Part shown: piece by piece, positions 61,619 through 64,000 of the stretch
Layout: each line of letters begins with the position of its first letter
How positions within the stretch are numbered: the stretch's first letter is position 1
IMG/VR virus record: IMGVR_UViG_3300027809_000002
Reading direction: 5' to 3' (one strand)
Source of the DNA: a virus
DNA length: 64,000 nt
Program-made: the position numbers and the translations under genes
The notes under the pieces: generated by a model
Seen by the model: only the letters and a program-made list of their open reading frames with translations
What the model was told of the DNA's origin: nothing
Database searches by the model: none

Positions 61619-62383
61619 TTATTTTCGGTTTGAATCATCAATTACTTCATAAAGAGTTTCGATAACACTCCCAAAGAAATGATGTTTGTATTTTTTATTC
61701 TTCTTAAGACCGATAACTGTAGCTGTCATATCTCCATGTCTTTCTAAAACTTCATATCTGCTATTTCTACCTTTGAAATTCATGATGTCTCCTGCTTCAA
61801 TTTTTTCAGGATTAGGAACATTCGTAAATAATTCAGGAACTTCTTCACCTATTGCTCTAAACAAAGCGATGACTTTACCGATGTGTTCGTTGAAAGTATC
61901 TTTAGGATCACATTTAGCAATTCCTTTAGCGTAAACGTATCTTGTTTTATGTCCTCTTAGTAGGCAAACAACCGTTCTTTTTTCTTTGTTCACATGGTAT
62001 TCTTCATCTAAAGTTGCATGTGTGATTCTTTCAAAGCCATTGTGTGAAACTTTTACGATATCTTCTTTTTTGTGTGTGAAAGGAACGTGAATCGTTTTGT
62101 TATCAGTGTTGGCGATTTCTTCTTTTGCTAAATCGACGATGTACTTGCGGTAAGAATCGTCCGTTGTGAAAAGTCTGATTCCATCGTCAGTTTTTAAAAC
62201 GTGTTTTGCTGTTTTTAATTGAACTTCGTAATTTGTTGTTTCAGGAATCGTTGCTTCAGTTAGTAACTTAACTGCTAATTGATTTGATTCAATTGCTCTT
62301 TGTGAATACCCAATGGCATCCTTATGTAGTTGCGTTGATGTCTCTAAAGCCGTTAAAGCATCTGTTAATTTTTGTTTGTTCAT
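61619..62383 (-). CDS. hypothetical protein (254 aa), first gene of the leftward block
   Basis: AAAGGGGGAAAC RBS. Confidence 0.55.
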   Translation of the reverse strand: MNKQKLTDALTALETSTQLHKDAIGYSQRAIESNQLAVKLLTEATIPETTNYEVQLKTAKHVLKTDDGIRLFTTDDSYRKYIVDLAKEEIANTDNKTIHVPFTHKKEDIVKVSHNGFERITHATLDEEYHVNKEKRTVVCLLRGHKTRYVYAKGIAKCDPKDTFNEHIGKVIALFRAIGEEVPELFTNVPNPEKIEAGDIMNFKGRNSRYEVLERHGDMTATVIGLKKNKKYKHHFFGSVIETLYEVIDDSNRK

Positions 62384-62407
62384 TATTTGTTTCCCCCTTT
62401 AATGTTT

Positions 62408-62426
62408 GACAACGTTTGTTGTTGTC
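62408..62426. promoter_or_regulatory. inverted repeat GACAAC-N7-GTTGTC in the leader of the leftward operon
   Basis: Read directly. Lies between the leftward promoter and the RBS. Confidence 0.5.
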
Positions 62427-62436
62427 TACGCTTATT

Positions 62437-62465
62437 ATATTACAGGTATATTTTGGACAAGTCAA
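62437..62465 (-). promoter_or_regulatory. sigma-A-like promoter (leftward)
   Basis: On the minus strand: TTGACT, 17 nt spacer, TAATAT. Confidence 0.65.
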
Positions 62466-62562
62466 CATATTTTTTTCATTAATTTAACTATTTTATGTAT
62501 TTATTTTTAAATTATGCACAAAAATAAAGTTAAATTAGGACACTACACGGACAGACATAATT

Positions 62563-62591
62563 TTGCAATTTACGCAATAACTATTTAATAA
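62563..62591 (+). promoter_or_regulatory. sigma-A-like promoter (rightward)
   Basis: TTGCAA, 17 nt spacer, TAATAA. Confidence 0.5.
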
Positions 62592-62604
62592 CTACTTAAC
62601 AAGT

Positions 62605-62614
62605 GGTTGCAACC
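62605..62614. promoter_or_regulatory. perfect 10-bp palindrome GGTTGCAACC (candidate operator)
   Basis: Lies between the rightward promoter and the RBS of the RHH gene. Confidence 0.5.
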
Positions 62615-62637
62615 TACTTATACAGGAGGTAATAACA

Positions 62638-62934
62638 ATGGTTAAAAAAGATAATTACATTCGAAAGCCGTTAGTTTTCAATAAAAAGTCAGCTTGGCAC
62701 ATGGAACTTTACGACAGAATTGAAAATGAAAGCGAAAATTTTTCAGGTTACTGTATGTCTATATTGAAGAATTACTTTGATAATAAGCCAAAAGTAGAAA
62801 AGAAAGTTATTGCTACAAAAGAAAAAACCGAACCTCAAAAGAAGGAAGTTCGGAAAATTAATAACTCAACAAAGGAAAAGGTGACACAAGCTGCAAACTC
62901 ACCTAAAATTTTTAAAAACTTAAAACAGTCATAA
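62638..62934 (+). CDS. ribbon-helix-helix (CopG/Arc-like) DNA-binding protein with a K/E-rich tail
   Basis: PLVFNKK (beta strand), ELYDRIENES (helix), NFSGYCMSILKNYF (helix). This fits the RHH pattern. Confidence 0.5.
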   Translation: MVKKDNYIRKPLVFNKKSAWHMELYDRIENESENFSGYCMSILKNYFDNKPKVEKKVIATKEKTEPQKKEVRKINNSTKEKVTQAANSPKIFKNLKQS

Positions 62935-62964
62935 CCATACCGAGTTGGTAATATACTATTCATA

Positions 62965-63004
62965 AACTTTCGTTTTTAGCGAACGAAGAAGCGGAACGAA
63001 AGTT
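62965..63004 (+). other. 10-bp perfect inverted repeat AACTTTCGTT ... AACGAAAGTT with a competing internal copy (AACGAAG)
   Basis: Read directly. GCGAACGAAG and GCGGAACGAAAG are direct repeats, so either could pair with the same 5' arm. Confidence 0.6.
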
Positions 63005-63061
63005 CTAGAACAATATATCCCCTGCAAATTACCGGAACATTATTAAGTAGTTAATAACGAA

Positions 63062-63127
63062 TTAAAACGGTATAGATGCGATCCACATTAAAGTAAGTCC
63101 TACACTTATTAACACCGCTTCAATCAT
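63062..63127 (-). CDS. possible 21-aa hydrophobic peptide MIEAVLISVGLTLMWIASIPF
   Basis: AAAGGAGTGA RBS 8 nt upstream. Antisense to the region upstream of the rightward membrane-protein genes. Confidence 0.3.
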   Translation of the reverse strand: MIEAVLISVGLTLMWIASIPF

Positions 63128-63206
63128 TTCATTCACTCCTTTATAAGTTCTTGTCTATATTATATCCGCAAAACGAAAATAAAAACCGTGAAAGGACTGG
63201 TAAGTT

Positions 63207-63323
63207 ATGGGTTTAGCGGCTTTTGTTACGACAAGTACGCTAATGGTCTTATGGTTTGGATTTGGATTAAAGTCTTACGTTAAAAAAGTTAAGGAGGATG
63301 AAAAAAATGATAATAAAAATTAA
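63207..63323 (+). CDS. 38-aa membrane peptide
   Basis: GAAAGGA RBS. One TM segment, then a K/E-rich tail. Confidence 0.4.
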   Translation: MGLAAFVTTSTLMVLWFGFGLKSYVKKVKEDEKNDNKN

Positions 63324-63789
63324 TCATGTGGCGTTAATTCCGAGTGTGGGTGTAAAGGAAAAAGAAAAGATGGAAAAATTCATAGAGCCTGAAGTAGTTG
63401 TTAAAAAGAAAAGTAAATTCAATTTAAAAAGAATAGCTACAACGTTATGGACTACATCCGGTGTATTGTTTGCTAAACACGCCGCTTTCGCTGCTGGTAA
63501 TGCTGCTAGTCGAGTTAATTTGTGGGATCAGTTATTTCCTGTATTCGATATCTTCCAACAGTTAGGGATGGTAATTGGAGCTTTCGCTTTAATAGGTGGA
63601 TTGAGTGTTATGTTTGTAAAGAAACGTGTTGGTATGGGAATTATAATGACTTCAGCAATGGTTATAGCTGGTGTGTTCTTAGTACCTTCAGCTGTAATGT
63701 TAATCGCAATAATAGGAAGTATGTTAAATGATACATTGGTTGACGTATTCAATAATTTAAATGTGAAAGGTTCGGTGAATATAAAATGA
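63307..63789 (+). CDS. membrane protein with a long signal-like N-terminus and a two-TM hairpin
   Basis: AAGGAGG lies 10 nt upstream of the ATG at 63307; alternative starts are 63298 and 63370. Contains AAFAAGNAA, then two hydrophobic helices. Confidence 0.5.
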   Translation: MIIKINHVALIPSVGVKEKEKMEKFIEPEVVVKKKSKFNLKRIATTLWTTSGVLFAKHAAFAAGNAASRVNLWDQLFPVFDIFQQLGMVIGAFALIGGLSVMFVKKRVGMGIIMTSAMVIAGVFLVPSAVMLIAIIGSMLNDTLVDVFNNLNVKGSVNIK

Positions 63790-63938
63790 GAACAATTATA
63801 AGTATCGGTATCAGTTTAGCTTTTGGTTTCTTGGTTGGATTTCCATTTGGCATCTCATACACTGTTACGGCTGCTCAAGACTCTTATATAGTTAATTTCA
63901 TTTCTAATCTAAAAGCTGTATGGGAGTTTTTACAATGA
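63786..63938 (+). CDS. 50-aa membrane peptide
   Basis: ATGA coupling to the upstream gene. Confidence 0.4.
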   Translation: MRTIISIGISLAFGFLVGFPFGISYTVTAAQDSYIVNFISNLKAVWEFLQ

Positions 63939-64000
63939 AGATTAAATTTAATGTCCCTAAATTTGAGAAGCCGATGGATCAGCCGCAAATGGTAATTCCG
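63935..64000 (+). CDS. 5' end of a further ORF (MKIKFNVPKFEKPMDQPQMVIP...), truncated by the window
   Basis: ATGA coupling to the upstream gene. The frame is open to the window end. Confidence 0.4.
   Translation, partial: MKIKFNVPKFEKPMDQPQMVIP

Noticed and set aside
42636-62000. Plus-strand ORFs inside the leftward block (42636..42827, 44497..44832, 46747..46953, 49983..50195, 53017..53199, 61686..61934) and the nested minus-strand ORFs 42811..43017 and 44837..45022
   Set aside because: They are antisense or out-of-frame to well-supported genes (RuvC-like, ThyA, Cas4-like, DnaB and others). They have no RBS and their composition is not protein-like.
63522-63752. ORFs 63522..63731 (+) and 63528..63752 (-) overlapping the membrane protein gene
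   Set aside because: They are nested in the RBS-supported ORF 63307..63789 and have no translation signals of their own.

Overview
This window is a low-GC segment of a tailed dsDNA phage genome. It looks like a siphovirus (2250-aa tape measure, G/GT chaperone pair). The host is probably in the Bacillales, judged from an RsfA-family regulator, a B. subtilis/phi3T-type ThyA, class Ib NrdE/NrdF/NrdI, and a BhlA-like protein with an amidase and an SPP1-type holin. Layout: (1) 1-1760 is an ORF-free, repeat-laden left region. (2) 1763-10451 is a rightward early block of about 24 small genes, punctuated by sigma-A-type promoters and intrinsic terminators. It includes two lipoproteins, a glutaredoxin-like redoxin, a sigma-like factor, a dimeric-dUTPase-like protein and an RsfA-like regulator. 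(3) 10474-11632 is a non-coding unit running from a promoter to a terminator. It holds one tRNA-Asp and three aberrant tRNA-like elements separated by about 550 nt of structured, ORF-free sequence. (4) 11676-41938 is the rightward morphogenesis and lysis block: terminase, portal, scaffold, decoration, capsid, connectors, a major tail protein with a +1 frameshift FN3 extension, a G/GT chaperone with a -1 frameshift, a tape measure with an M23 peptidase domain, large fibre/RBP genes, amidase and holin. (5) Convergent terminators lie at 41954-42093. (6) 42135-62383 is the leftward replication and nucleotide-metabolism block: RuvC-like, DHFR, ThyA, Cas4-like nuclease, SLOG/DUF2493, primase, DnaB, a P-loop kinase, PhoH, an AAA ATPase, an SSB-like protein with a Q/G/N tail, NrdF/NrdE/NrdI, two free-standing HNH-AP2 homing endonucleases and many tiny membrane peptides. 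(7) 62384-62637 is a divergent promoter region, followed by a rightward RHH regulator and small membrane proteins that run off the window. I saw no integrase, DNA polymerase, rRNA or CRISPR array. The features least explained by ordinary annotation are the 1.5-kb non-coding repeat mosaic at the left edge and the tRNA-like RNA cluster. All coordinates and structures were derived by eye from the sequence. All functional calls rest on remembered family motifs and synteny, not on searches.
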